64,000 bases of DNA, taken from NCBI GenBank assembly GCA_963712025.1, contig CAVQGJ010000011.1, forward strand, positions 135,929 to 199,928, given 5' to 3'. Origin of the DNA: an uncultured Verrucomicrobiae bacterium. Lineage in GTDB: Bacteria > Verrucomicrobiota > Verrucomicrobiia > Palsa-1439. The position numbers were made by a program, and so were the translations under genes. Below, in pieces: positions 30,540 to 40,782 of this stretch; positions within the stretch are counted from its first letter, which is position 1; every line of letters starts with the position of its first letter. A model generated the notes under the pieces. That model was given only the letters and a program-made list of their open reading frames with translations. It searched no databases and was not told where the DNA came from.

Positions 30540-32678
30540 TTACCGCCTCGGAACGACCCGAAAATCGATTTGTCTTTTGATGAGGTCGACACGTTCGAGT
30601 TGGACGACAAGTCGGTCGCCGACCTTGATCACACGCTTGTTGCGGCGGCCAACAAGGCATTCCCGACGCTCGTCGTAGGTGTAAAAATCGTCCCCGAGCC
30701 TGGAGATGTGGACGAGCCCCTGCATCAGGCTTTCGGGGAGTTCCACGAAGAACCCGAAGTTCCTCACGGTGCAAACCACGGCCTCCATGTCTTCCGCTTC
30801 CCCGCGCGCGAGCTTCAACTGGAAATACTCCAGCTTCTTGAGTTCGACCGATTCCTTTTCCGCGTCGGCGGCGACCCGTTCGGTCTTCGAAATGTGGTCG
30901 GCGACGCTGGTCAACTCCTGGATGCTGTAGCGGCGAGGATTGGCCCCGCCCGACTGCATCAGGGAGAACAACGTTCGGTGCACCATCAAGTCCGCATAGC
31001 GGCGGATGGGTGACGTGAAATGCGTATAGAATTTCTTGGCCAGGCCGTAGTGTCCGACGGGTTTGACGGAGTACCGAGCCTGCTTCAACGACCGCAGCAG
31101 GTTGAGGTTGATGGCGTACTCTTCCGGTTTGCCTTCGACCTGCTTCAGGATCTTCTGGAGTTCCTGGCGATGCGTCACGTCCCCGACCTTGTAGCCGAAA
31201 CTCTGGGCGTACACGCGGAAGTCGCGCAGTTTCTCCAGATCGGGGTCCTCATGGATCCGATACACGCACGGGACCTGCAACTGGCAGATATGGCGGGCGA
31301 CAGCCTCGTTGGCGGCGAGCATGAACTCCTCGATGAGCTGATGGGAAATATCGTAATAAATTTTCTCGATATGCGTGGGCCGGCCGTGCTTGTCGAGGCG
31401 GACCTTCACCTCCGGGAACTCCAGGTTCAGCGAACCATGGGCGAACCGTTGCTGACGCAACTGCGACGCCAGCCGCCACATCTTCTTCAACTCGCGCGTC
31501 AGCTCGTCCTTGTCATCTTTCGATTGCAGGTGGGCGAACGCTTCCTTGTACGTCAGCCGATGGCGCGAGCGAATGACGCTGAGCGCGAACTCGGTCTTGC
31601 GCGTGACCAGTTTGGGAGTGAATTCGATAAAGACCGACTGGGTGAGACGATCCTCGTCGGGCCGCAGGCTGCACAGGTTGTTGGACAACTTTTCCGGCAA
31701 CATCGGCAGCACCCGATCCACGAGGTAGACGCTGTTGCCGCGGGCGCGCGCTTCGCGGTCGAGGGCGCCGTCGGGCTGGACGTAGTGCGAAGCATCGGCA
31801 ATGTGCACCCCGAGCCGCCAACCGCCGCCGGGCAATTCCTCGACGCTCACCGCGTCATCGAAATCCTTCGCGTCGTCGGGATCGATGGTGACGACGAACG
31901 ACTTGCGCAGGTCGAGGCGGTGCTGATACTCCGTCGCGGAGATCTTCTCGGGGATGCGGGTGGCTTCCGCCACCGTCGCGTCGGAAAACTTCGTTGGCAG
32001 GTGGTAGGTGCGGATGATGGCGAGGATATCCACGCCGGGGGCGTCGGCTTTGCCGAGGACTTCGACGATTTCGCCTTCGGGGTTGATGTGGCGCGAGGTC
32101 CATTCGGCCAGTTTGACGACGACTTTGTCGCCGATCTGGGCGTTGCGCGCGGGCTTGGTGTACACGTCGTGCGGCATGCGCGGATCGTCGGGAATGACGT
32201 AGTGGACGTGGCGGCCCTTTTGCAGGGTGCCGACAATCGTGTCGCTGGCCCGCTCCAGAATCCGGATCACCTGGCCCGACGGCTTGTCGACCGACTTGAA
32301 CTTCCTGCGGTCGCGGTGGAGGCGGACGACGACCTTGTCGTTGTTCAAGGCCACCGAGGTGTCTTCACCCGCGACGTACACGTCGGGCGGCGGCTCGGCG
32401 TCCGGCGCCGCGTCGGCGCGGGGTTCGGGCCGCACAAACGCAAACCCGTTCGGATGAAACTCGATTGTGCCCACGACGAGATCGGCATCCTGTGGGAGGA
32501 CAAACCGGTCGGTGCGGACGCGGACGACTTCGCCTTTTTCCAGCATTTCGGCGAGCACGCGCCGGAAATCGCGCCGTTCGGCGGCGTTCAGGCGGAGTTT
32601 GGCGGCGAGTTCATCGCGGCGGAGCGGATGATAGTTCGGCGTGGCGAGAAGCGTCTGGATTTTCTGGCGGATGTCCAT
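30540..32678 (-). CDS. rnr: Ribonuclease R
   Basis: MDIRQKIQTLL... HTH/cold-shock-like N-terminus, RNB domain ([28 protein letters not shown]), and C-terminal S1 domain. Confidence 0.9.
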   Translation of the reverse strand: MDIRQKIQTLLATPNYHPLRRDELAAKLRLNAAERRDFRRVLAEMLEKGEVVRVRTDRFVLPQDADLVVGTIEFHPNGFAFVRPEPRADAAPDAEPPPDVYVAGEDTSVALNNDKVVVRLHRDRRKFKSVDKPSGQVIRILERASDTIVGTLQKGRHVHYVIPDDPRMPHDVYTKPARNAQIGDKVVVKLAEWTSRHINPEGEIVEVLGKADAPGVDILAIIRTYHLPTKFSDATVAEATRIPEKISATEYQHRLDLRKSFVVTIDPDDAKDFDDAVSVEELPGGGWRLGVHIADASHYVQPDGALDREARARGNSVYLVDRVLPMLPEKLSNNLCSLRPDEDRLTQSVFIEFTPKLVTRKTEFALSVIRSRHRLTYKEAFAHLQSKDDKDELTRELKKMWRLASQLRQQRFAHGSLNLEFPEVKVRLDKHGRPTHIEKIYYDISHQLIEEFMLAANEAVARHICQLQVPCVYRIHEDPDLEKLRDFRVYAQSFGYKVGDVTHRQELQKILKQVEGKPEEYAINLNLLRSLKQARYSVKPVGHYGLAKKFYTHFTSPIRRYADLMVHRTLFSLMQSGGANPRRYSIQELTSVADHISKTERVAADAEKESVELKKLEYFQLKLARGEAEDMEAVVCTVRNFGFFVELPESLMQGLVHISRLGDDFYTYDERRECLVGRRNKRVIKVGDRLVVQLERVDLIKRQIDFRVVPRR

Positions 32679-32719
32679 TATTGTTCGCGGCACGGTACCA
32701 TGGGCCGGTTGGCCCACCA

Positions 32720-34033
32720 ATGAAAAAGTCTTTTCCCACGCTGATATTCCTGGCGTCGCTCGTCGCGCTCGGTCTGGCTGGTTGGGACAATTTCCGGTTG
32801 CGGCAGAACGAGGCCGAGTTGCGCGGTGAGATTGCGCAACTCGAACAACAGCGGCGCGACCTGCAGCGCCAGGTGTCGTCCACCCAACGCGGCTCGAAAC
32901 CCGAAGAGGGCACGGTGGACCGCCAGCAGATCGAGCGGCAGACCAGCGAATTGCGCGGTCTGTCGTTCAAAAGCCCCGTGACCTACAAGATCATCGAGCG
33001 CCGCGAACTGCGGCAGGTCCTCGCCGGCAAGGTCAAGGAGCAATACACCGAGCAGCAATTGCGCGACTACAGCCGGTCGCTGGCGGCATTCGGATTGATC
33101 CCCGAGGGGACGGACCTGCTGAAGGTGCTGGTGAGTTTGTACGGCGAACAGGTGGCGGCGTTCTACGTGCCGGAAGAGCGGGCGCTGTACACGTTCAAGG
33201 ACCTCGTGTTTTCCAGCAATCTCGACAAGATGCTGCTCTCGCATGAATTGACCCACGCGCTCCAGGACCAGAACTTCGATCTCCAGAAGTTTCCGCTCAA
33301 GATCAAGGACAACGACGATCTGGCGCTGGCCACGTCGGCGCTCGTCGAGGGCGACGCGACGGTGCTGATGACGCGGTGGTACGTCGAGAACATCGACCCG
33401 AGCAAGATGCTCGGCGATCTGGGGGCGATGCTCGGCCAGAACACCATCGCGCTGCGCGCCGCGCCGCCGTATTTGCAGGAATTGCTGATGTTCCCGTACC
33501 AGCAGGGGCAACAGTTTGCCATGTCGCTGTATGAGTCCGGCGGGACGGCGGCCATCGACGCGGCGTTTCGCAATCCGCCGACGACCACGAAGGACATTCT
33601 TCATCCCGAACTCTTCCTGCAACATCGCGCCACGCCCGAGCACATCGAGCCGCCGGCGTGGGAGTCGAAGGATTGGCGGTTGATCGGCAGCAACAACCTC
33701 GGCGAATTCGGCACGGGCTTCCTGTTGAAGCAGGGGATGGGCGCGTACGACGCCCAGGTCCTGGCGCAGGGTTGGAACGGCGACCGCTATCACGTGTACG
33801 AGCAGGGGACGAACGGGCCCACCGCGCTGGTCTGGGCGACCGCATGGGCGGACGAACAACAGGCGGGCGAGTTCGCCGACGCGTACAAGAAGGCGGAGGA
33901 AGCGCGGGGCGGACCGTTCGCGGCGAACCTGCGCATCCATCGCGACGGCAAGCACGTCACGATTGTGCAATCTTCGGAGCCGTCGTTTCTCGACCTCTGG
34001 GAGTCGGGTCAGGCCGCCCACAAGAGCAACTAG
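32720..34033 (+). CDS. Membrane-anchored putative zinc metallopeptidase (HExxH) with coiled-coil N-terminus
   Basis: [22 protein letters not shown] anchor, [11 protein letters not shown] (HExxH), and downstream VEGDATVLM. The family is not identified with certainty. Confidence 0.55.
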   Translation: MKKSFPTLIFLASLVALGLAGWDNFRLRQNEAELRGEIAQLEQQRRDLQRQVSSTQRGSKPEEGTVDRQQIERQTSELRGLSFKSPVTYKIIERRELRQVLAGKVKEQYTEQQLRDYSRSLAAFGLIPEGTDLLKVLVSLYGEQVAAFYVPEERALYTFKDLVFSSNLDKMLLSHELTHALQDQNFDLQKFPLKIKDNDDLALATSALVEGDATVLMTRWYVENIDPSKMLGDLGAMLGQNTIALRAAPPYLQELLMFPYQQGQQFAMSLYESGGTAAIDAAFRNPPTTTKDILHPELFLQHRATPEHIEPPAWESKDWRLIGSNNLGEFGTGFLLKQGMGAYDAQVLAQGWNGDRYHVYEQGTNGPTALVWATAWADEQQAGEFADAYKKAEEARGGPFAANLRIHRDGKHVTIVQSSEPSFLDLWESGQAAHKSN

Positions 34034-35153
34034 TCTGGCACGCCGGCGTCGTCACTTCGACTGACTCACCGAAATAGCGTCGCTGGAAGTAGAGGGCGAC
34101 GTTCACCAATACGATGAGCGCGGGCACCTCGATCAACGGGCCGATCACCGCCGCGAACGCCACGCCGGAATTGATCCCAAACACGGCCACGGCCACGGCG
34201 ATGGCCAGTTCGAAGTTGTTGCTGGCGGCGGTGAAGGACAAGGTGGCGGTCTTGGAATAATCGGCGCCGATCTTCTTACCGAGCCAGAAGCTCACGAGAA
34301 ACATCACGACGAAGTAAATCAGGAGCGGCACGGCGATGCGCAGCACGTCGAGCGGGATGCGGACAATCCGATCACCTTTGAGGCTGAACATCACGAGGAT
34401 GGTGAACAGCAGCGCGATGAGCGTGATGGGGCTGATGCGGGGGATGAACGATTTCTCGTACCATTCGCGGCCTTTGGTGTTCAGGCCGACGAACCGGCTG
34501 ATCATGCCGGCCAGGAACGGTATGCCGAGATAGACGAAGACGCTACGGGCGATCTGGCCCATGCTCACATCGACCACGCTGCCGTGCAGGCCAAACAGCG
34601 GCGGCAGTTTGGTGATGAATACCCACGCGAACAAACTGTAGAACAGCACCTGAAACACGCTGTTGAACGCGACCAGCCCGGCGCAGTATTCGGTGTCGCC
34701 TTTGGCGAGTTCGTTCCAGACGATGACCATCGCGATGCACCGGGCGAGACCGATCAGGATCAGGCCGACCATGTACTCGGGGTAATTGTGGAGGAAGAGG
34801 ATCGCCAGCGCGAACATCAGCACGGGGCCGATCACCCAATTCTGCACCAGCGACAGACCGAGGATTTTCCAGTTGCGAAACACGTCGCCGAGTTCCTCGT
34901 ATTTCACTTTCGCTAACGGCGGGTACATCATCAGGATCAGGCCGACGGCGATGGGGATGTTGGTCGTGCCGACTTGGAATTTGTTGATGAACGACTGCGT
35001 CCCCGGGACGGAATACCCGAGCGCCACGCCCGTGCCCATCGCCAGAAAAATCCACAGCGTCAGGTAGCGGTCCAGAAATGAAAGTTTGCCGGTGATTCCC
35101 TTGGTCATAGTCGTCATTCCTTCTTCAGTTGAATCGTTGTCGTTGAGGCTCAT
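33957..35153 (-). CDS. acr3: ACR3-family arsenite efflux transporter; the last ~25 codons overlap the convergent gene and may be spurious
   Basis: [42 protein letters not shown]. The ATG overlaps the arsC stop (ATGA). Confidence 0.85.
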   Translation of the reverse strand: MSLNDNDSTEEGMTTMTKGITGKLSFLDRYLTLWIFLAMGTGVALGYSVPGTQSFINKFQVGTTNIPIAVGLILMMYPPLAKVKYEELGDVFRNWKILGLSLVQNWVIGPVLMFALAILFLHNYPEYMVGLILIGLARCIAMVIVWNELAKGDTEYCAGLVAFNSVFQVLFYSLFAWVFITKLPPLFGLHGSVVDVSMGQIARSVFVYLGIPFLAGMISRFVGLNTKGREWYEKSFIPRISPITLIALLFTILVMFSLKGDRIVRIPLDVLRIAVPLLIYFVVMFLVSFWLGKKIGADYSKTATLSFTAASNNFELAIAVAVAVFGINSGVAFAAVIGPLIEVPALIVLVNVALYFQRRYFGESVEVTTPACQTSCSCGRPDPTPRGRETTAPKIAQS

Positions 35154-35593
35154 CCGACGCAGGGTGTTCCGCAGGTTTCCTCGCACCAAGCGGTGATCTT
35201 ATCGCGAATCGAATCGCGGATGGTGCGCACTTTCGCCAACCGTTCCTCCTCGGTACCGGTCACCGCGGCCGGATCGGGAAATCCCCAATGCAGCCGTGTC
35301 GTGATGCCCGGGAAAATCGGGCACCGTTCCGCGCTGGTCTCATCGCATACCGTGATGACGTAGGCGAACATCTCACCGCTCTTGAATACGTCGAAGACGC
35401 TCCGTGTCTGTTTGCGGGAGATATCGATTCCCACCTCGCGCATCACGGCGACCGCCAGAGGATTGAGTTTGCCCGGTTCCAATCCGGCACTTTCGGCCTC
35501 GAAACTTTCTCCGCACAAATGGTTCAGCCACGCCTCGGCCATCTGGCTGCGGGCGCTGTTGTGAATGCAAATGAACAACATTTTCTTTTTCAT
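35150..35593 (-). CDS. arsC: Arsenate reductase, LMW-PTP / thioredoxin-coupled type
   Basis: [22 protein letters not shown] (CX5R-S P-loop) and [14 protein letters not shown] (Cys82/Cys89 equivalents). Confidence 0.85.
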   Translation of the reverse strand: MKKKMLFICIHNSARSQMAEAWLNHLCGESFEAESAGLEPGKLNPLAVAVMREVGIDISRKQTRSVFDVFKSGEMFAYVITVCDETSAERCPIFPGITTRLHWGFPDPAAVTGTEEERLAKVRTIRDSIRDKITAWCEETCGTPCVG

Positions 35594-35640
35594 CAGTTCA
35601 TCCTCGATTTCGGTAATCCGAACCGGAGCCATCCCCCGGT

Positions 35641-35988
35641 TCAGCAACGGTTCTCCTTGCAGACGATCGGCTTGGTTTTCTTGTGACGCTCGACGTCGCG
35701 TTGAAGGAAATCAATCTTCTGGAAACAGCCGCGCACACACCGTAGCAGCGCCGCATGAACCTCGTTGGCGGGTTCGGCGAGCGAGTACATGATCATCTTG
35801 CCATGCCGTTCCACCTCGACCAAGCCGCTCCGGCGCAGGTAGGCGAGGTGACGCGAAATCCGTGGCTGCGGCACGCGCAGGATCGCCTGGAACTCGCACA
35901 CGCAATGGTCGCGTTGCGCCAGCAGGTTCAGGATGCGGAGGCGAGTCTCGTCGGAGAAGGCTTTGAAGAGTTGGTTGGGTTTATCCAT
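35641..35988 (-). CDS. arsR: ArsR-family metalloregulator
   Basis: [57 protein letters not shown] (CVC metal site plus wHTH). Confidence 0.85.
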   Translation of the reverse strand: MDKPNQLFKAFSDETRLRILNLLAQRDHCVCEFQAILRVPQPRISRHLAYLRRSGLVEVERHGKMIMYSLAEPANEVHAALLRCVRGCFQKIDFLQRDVERHKKTKPIVCKENRC

Positions 35989-36412
35989 GTTTCCTCTGAA
36001 CGGAGAGAAACAGACGAATTCGGTTTTGAATTTCATCGCGGACGCGGCGAAACACGCGGCGTTTCTCGTCATCGGTGCCCGGCGCGTGGGCGGGATCGTC
36101 GAACCCCCAATGCAACTGGTGTGCGGCGCCCGGAAAGGCCGGGCAGGCGTCCCGGGCGTTGTCGCACACGGTGATGACGTAATCGAACGTTTTGCCCGTG
36201 AATTCGTCGAGCGACTTCGACCGGTGCTTGGAGATGTCCACACCGACTTCCTGCATGGCTTCGATGGCCAGCGGATGCACGTAACCGGCGGGCTTCGAGC
36301 CGGCGCTGAAGACATCGAAGTCAACGCCACCCAGCTTTCGAAGCCATCCCTCGGCCATGTGACTCCGGCAGGAATTGCCGGTGCACAGGAACAGGACGCG
36401 TTGCTTGTTCAT
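35981..36412 (-). CDS. arsC: Second arsenate reductase paralogue, LMW-PTP type
   Basis: MNKQRVLFLCTGNSCRSHMAEGW and VITVCDNARDACP. Confidence 0.85.
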   Translation of the reverse strand: MNKQRVLFLCTGNSCRSHMAEGWLRKLGGVDFDVFSAGSKPAGYVHPLAIEAMQEVGVDISKHRSKSLDEFTGKTFDYVITVCDNARDACPAFPGAAHQLHWGFDDPAHAPGTDDEKRRVFRRVRDEIQNRIRLFLSVQRKHG

Positions 36413-36441
36413 GGTTCACTCGGTTGCAAATTCACGGAGGC

Positions 36442-36469
36442 AATATATTCGCTTAGGCGAATATGTAAA
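36442..36469 (-). promoter_or_regulatory. sigma70-type promoter of the ars operon with an overlapping palindromic operator
   Basis: On the minus strand: TTTACA, 16 nt, TATATT. The palindrome ATATTCGC-ttag-GCGAATAT (36445..36464) overlaps the spacer and the -10. Confidence 0.55.
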
Positions 36470-36590
36470 GAGAAATGAGTGGGGAGGTCAGCGAGGGGAG
36501 GGCGCTTGCGGGTGCAGCATCGGGTTGAAAGTTGCGGTGTCGGGGCCTTACGGCCATGCGGCCGCACGAGCCGTGAATCGCCCACTCCGA

Positions 36591-37834
36591 CTAGAAGAAT
36601 AGGTCACCGTCCTTTTCAATGGCGTCGGAAAAATGCTGAAAAGTTCCGCCGGCTATCGGACTAGACATCCAATGCCAACGAGGCTGGAACTCGATCAGCT
36701 TTTGAAATTGCGGGGCGAAGCATTCGCCGTATCGTCTCTTCATATCCTCAGCGTCTGCGTCCTCGCGAAAGAGGACAGGGTTAAATACAACGACCTTCCT
36801 AAGATCACGGTTGGGACCGAGCGCCGTCTTAAAAAAGTACTGCATGTAGACGTCGGTACGCGGGAGACTGTAGCCAACGATGAAGATTTTCTTTGCGGTT
36901 CGGAGCCTTGAGAGAGCGGTCCTCCACATTGATGCAGCGTCTGTCATGGAGAGCTTGTTGAATATCGGAGGGAGTATATATGGATCGGCAACCGGGTTGG
37001 TTGGATGATCGAGGTTGCTAAGTTGTTGTGCTGGCGCATTGGTGGGGCTTCTTGATGGGGTGGGGAAATTCAGAGAGCCATGAAGCTTGAGTATTTCTAT
37101 CTCCAGAGGCTTCTTCACCTGATCGAATCTGGCAGTGACAAGGGCGGTCCCCAGAACAGGATTGGAGTAGCCCATATGCTGGTAGGTCCGAGATTGGACC
37201 AGATAAGCATAATCCTGAATGCCCTCGTAATGATATTTCAGTTTGATTCCCTCGAAGGGAAAGTTGCCTCTACGCTCGGTCCATATTCACAACTGTTCAG
37301 GAGTTGGAACAATGTGCGTTCCAACACAAGGTCGTAGTTGAAGTTGATAATCGTGGGCAGCGTGCCAACGGGGGCGGACTTCTGAAACAGTCGTGCCCAA
37401 AACTCTGTGTAGGGAACGAGGCCGAGGCCGGCTTTCTCTGGAATGGTGCCGTCGTGCTTCGCAACGCAAGTGAGTTCGATTGTCCGAGCGATCGCCTTAA
37501 TGATCGCGTTCCACTTGGTGCGTTGCGCCTCCTCGCCACCCATCACGTCAAATGACAGAATCGAGAGTATGTCTTCGATGTTTCTGTCGTCAAACGCGGC
37601 GCGTCCGTGATAACCGTCTAGCTCATTGATTACATCTATCGCGCTCTGAAAAATCGCCCTATCGTCCTCGGACAATGGTTTGAGCCTGTTGGTTCCTCGC
37701 TGGTGAAAATCCAACATCTTCTCGACAAACTCCGCGAGTAGCGGAATGCCAGCGTCCCTTGAGGCCCCGGCACCGAAGATGATGACGTTGTCGCTCACAG
37801 GCTGGATTGTAGTGACGGCGAAGCGCTTCGACAA
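36591..37834 (-). CDS. SIR2-like (SIR2_2 family) protein, about 414 aa, split by one frame change located within 37241-37286
   Basis: VIIFGAGASRDAGIP, INFNYDLVLE, LKLHGSLNF, IFIVGYSLPRTD. The frame upstream of ORF 36591..37175 reads GNFPFEGIKLKYHYEGIQDYAYLVQSRTYQHMGYSN and joins it to ORF 37238..37834. Confidence 0.7.
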
Positions 37835-37875
37835 GCCCCGAAGGTCTTAGGGGACACGCTGCGGTTGAATGTACG

Positions 37876-37909
37876 CGGCTCGCCGGGAGGCTCGCCCTCC
37901 CATGCGGAA
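37876..37909 (-). repeat. 34-nt GC-rich repeat, copy 1 (reverse orientation)
   Basis: The reverse complement TTCCGCATGGGAGGGCGAGCCTCCCGGCGAGCCG matches 53330..53363 at 32 of 34 positions. It contains a GGGAGG/CCTCCC hairpin. Confidence 0.6.
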
Positions 37910-37958
37910 AGACGCCGCGTGAGGGCACGCGGCCTACAATCCTCGGTTTGTACGCGCA

Positions 37959-37987
37959 TTGACCAATCCCCGTGCGTGGGCTATGCT
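37959..37987 (+). promoter_or_regulatory. sigma70-type promoter for folE
   Basis: TTGACC, 17 nt, TATGCT. It lies about 22 nt upstream of ATG 38010. Confidence 0.5.
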
Positions 37988-38009
37988 CGCGGAGGCTAAA
38001 GAGGTCGCG

Positions 38010-38597
38010 ATGGCAGATCATCATCCAATAATTAACAAGAAGAAGATTCGGGAAGCGGTGCGGCTGTTGCTCGAAGGGATCGGGGAGGACCCCGACCGCG
38101 AGGGATTGATCGAGACGCCGGATCGCGTGGCGCGGATGTACGAGGAGATTTTCGGGCACGGCGAGCAGGAACCGCACGCGGCGCTGAGCAAGAAATTTGA
38201 CGAGCAACACCACGAGGTCGTGCTCGTCAAGGACATCCCGTTTTTCTCGATGTGCGAGCATCATCTGATGCCGTTCTTCGGCCAGGCGCACGTCGCCTAC
38301 ATTCCCAACGGCGCTATCGTCGGCATCTCGAAGCTGGCGCGGGTGGTGGAATCGTTCGCGCGTCGGCCGCAGGTGCAGGAGCGGATGACCAGCCAGATTG
38401 CGGACATCATCAATGCCGAACTCCAACCGAAGGGCGTGGCGGTCGTGTGCGAGGCCGTGCACACGTGCATGACCATGCGCGGGGTGAAGAAGCCGGGGTC
38501 GTCGGTGATTACCTCGGCGATGCGGGGGGCGTTCGAGAAGAACGTCACCAGCCGCACGGAGATCATGGCCCTGATTTGTGGCCGGCCGAACGTCTGA
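38010..38597 (+). CDS. folE: GTP cyclohydrolase I
   Basis: [59 protein letters not shown]. Confidence 0.9.
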   Translation: MADHHPIINKKKIREAVRLLLEGIGEDPDREGLIETPDRVARMYEEIFGHGEQEPHAALSKKFDEQHHEVVLVKDIPFFSMCEHHLMPFFGQAHVAYIPNGAIVGISKLARVVESFARRPQVQERMTSQIADIINAELQPKGVAVVCEAVHTCMTMRGVKKPGSSVITSAMRGAFEKNVTSRTEIMALICGRPNV

Positions 38598-39950
38598 TGA
38601 AACGCGTCTACATCAAGACCTACGGTTGCCAGATGAACGAGCGCGACAGCGAAGCGGTGGCGGCCATGCTGCGGGCGCGCGGGTACGACATTGCGCCATC
38701 GGAGCGCGACGCGGACGTGGTGCTGCTGAACACGTGCAGCGTGCGCGATCTGGCTGAACGGAAAGCGGTCGGCAAGATGGACCTGCTCGGGCATCTCAAG
38801 AAGCGCAAGCCCGAACTCGTGCTGGGATACATGGGTTGCATGGCGCAAAGCCGGGGCGCGTCGCTCGCCGAGAAACAATCGGCGGTCAATCTCGTGGTCG
38901 GCACCCAGCGATTTCATCGCGTGCCGGAATACCTCGATGAGATTTTCGCGCGGGACGGTGGCGATGCGATTGTAGACATCGCGGAGGAATCTGGTAGCGA
39001 ATCGACGATCAAGGACCACGTGTTGGGGACGAATGGCGACCGGCAGGTGGCGGGATTCGTCAGCATCATGCAGGGATGCGAGATGTATTGCACGTTTTGC
39101 ATCGTGCCGTACACGCGCGGGAGCGAACGGAGCCGGCCCATCGCGGAAATCGTCGAGGAAGTCGGGCGATTGGTCGAGGACGGCGTGAAGGAAGTGACGT
39201 TGCTCGGGCAGATCGTCACCAGCTACGGGCGGAAGGAGATTCGCAAGAAGAACGGGAAATCGGCGTTCGTGCAACTCCTCGAAGCGGTGCATGAGGTGGA
39301 GGGGTTGGAGCGGATCCGGTTCACCGCGCCGCACCCGAAGGGGTTTGGGGACGATCTCGTGCGGGCGTATGCGGACTTGCCGAAACTGTGCGAGCACGCG
39401 CATTTGCCCGTGCAGAGCGGGTCGAATCGCATCTTGAAGGCGATGAACCGCGGGTATACGCGCGAGTGGTATTTGCGCATCGTGGACAAGCTGCGCGCGG
39501 CGCAACCCGAGGATCGCCATCAGCACGGACATCATCGCGGGTTTCCCCGGTGAGATGGAAGAAGATTTCGAGGAGACAGCGTCGCTGATGCGGGACGTGC
39601 AATTCGACCAGGCGTACATTTTCAAGTATTCGAAGCGACAGGATACGCCCGCGGCGGATATGGCGGAGCAAGTGACCGAAAAGGAAAAGGAACGCCGCAA
39701 CCAGGCACTGCTGGAGATACTCAATACGGGCATGGCGCGGATGCACCAGAGACTCGTCGGCCAGACGGTCGAGATTCTCGTCGAAGGCCGCAGCGAGAAG
39801 GCCGGCAAACGGATGTTCGGACGAACGCGCACCAACAAGATTGTTTTTTTTGACGGCAACGAGCGTCACAAGGGCGAACTGCTGCCCGTGCGCATTGAGC
39901 GCGCGACCACGATCACACTGTACGGCGACATTGCCATTCACAATTTATGA
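38597..39950 (+). CDS. miaB: tRNA-2-methylthio-N6-dimethylallyladenosine synthase MiaB, split by a frame change near 39505-39515
   Basis: [19 protein letters not shown], radical-SAM CEMYCTFCIVPYTRG. ...AAQP|(G)IAISTDIIAGFPGEMEEDFEET continues in ORF 39555..39950 (TRAM end). The ATG overlaps the folE stop. Confidence 0.9.
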
Positions 39951-40489
39951 CACGACTAGCCATCACATCGACCATCATCGGCGTGGCGAGCATTGCCGGG
40001 CGGGTGCCCGGCATTGTGGCGCCGGAAAAATTCGGCGAATGCGCGCGGAAATTCCCCCGCTCGGTGTTGTGGGGGCGGATCCTCATGGGCGTGTGCGCCG
40101 TGTGGGCGGGAATCGTCATGTTCAACGCCGCGACGGACGACTGGGCGTGGGCGCGGCCGCTGGTGGTGATCGGCGTGCCGATTGCGTATTTCCTGGTGAT
40201 TCAATTTGCCGACCAATTCCTGGCGTTGCGCGGCCTGGCGGCGCTGATGCTCCTGATCGCCAAGCTCATGGTGGACGCGGCCGACCAGAGCGAGCAGCCG
40301 ATGCGGCTGATCGTCACCGTGCTGGCGTACCTCTGGGTCTGCGTGGCCGTGTGGATGGCGAGCGCGCCACATCAGGTGCGTGACTTGGTCGGTTTCATCA
40401 CCGCCAACAACACCCGCTGCCGCGCCGCGTGTTTTCTGGGGAGTCTCGTCGGCGCGCTGCTGGTCGTGCTGGGGCTGTGCGTGTATTGA
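39947..40489 (+). CDS. Hypothetical multi-pass membrane protein
   Basis: 180-aa ORF with about 5 hydrophobic segments. Its start overlaps the miaB stop. Confidence 0.5.
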   Translation: MTRLAITSTIIGVASIAGRVPGIVAPEKFGECARKFPRSVLWGRILMGVCAVWAGIVMFNAATDDWAWARPLVVIGVPIAYFLVIQFADQFLALRGLAALMLLIAKLMVDAADQSEQPMRLIVTVLAYLWVCVAVWMASAPHQVRDLVGFITANNTRCRAACFLGSLVGALLVVLGLCVY

Positions 40490-40500
40490 GCGAGGTGCTG

Positions 40501-40782
40501 ATGGATATTGTCGACGCGATGTGGCTCGCTGTTGCGGGGTACTTCGTGGCGCAGGTGTATATGCTGGTGCGCTGGAAGGGAGGCTGGAGAATCGCCGCGG
40601 CAGTGCCACTACTACTGATGATCCCCGTGTTCGGCTTGACAGCCTACGGATTCGTTCAGCAGAGCAACATTTGGCCGATCTGCTTGCTCTTCGCTGCGCC
40701 CGTTGCGCTGCTCTACATGCTGATACTGATGGCAGCCCGTCGGTTTACGAGGACTGGATGCAAGGGACAGATGTTGAGATGA
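40501..40782 (+). CDS. Hypothetical small membrane protein
   Basis: MDIVDAMWLAVAGYFVAQVYMLVRW... has three hydrophobic segments. The ATG at 40501 lies within track ORF 40429..40782. Confidence 0.35.
   Translation: MDIVDAMWLAVAGYFVAQVYMLVRWKGGWRIAAAVPLLLMIPVFGLTAYGFVQQSNIWPICLLFAAPVALLYMLILMAARRFTRTGCKGQMLR

Noticed and set aside
31020-32723. Long + strand ORF (567 aa) opposite RNase R. Similar long shadow ORFs occur at 58159..60501 (780 aa), 56125..58002 (625 aa), 38297..39859 (520 aa), 32678..34021 (447 aa), 50226..51332, 8605..9549, 9553..10560, 24754..25671, 62038..63249 and 7145..8065.
   Set aside because: All lie antisense to genes with unmistakable conserved motifs. They have Arg/Gly/Ala/His/Asp-rich compositions typical of GC-rich shadow frames. 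They show no recognisable domain or RBS.
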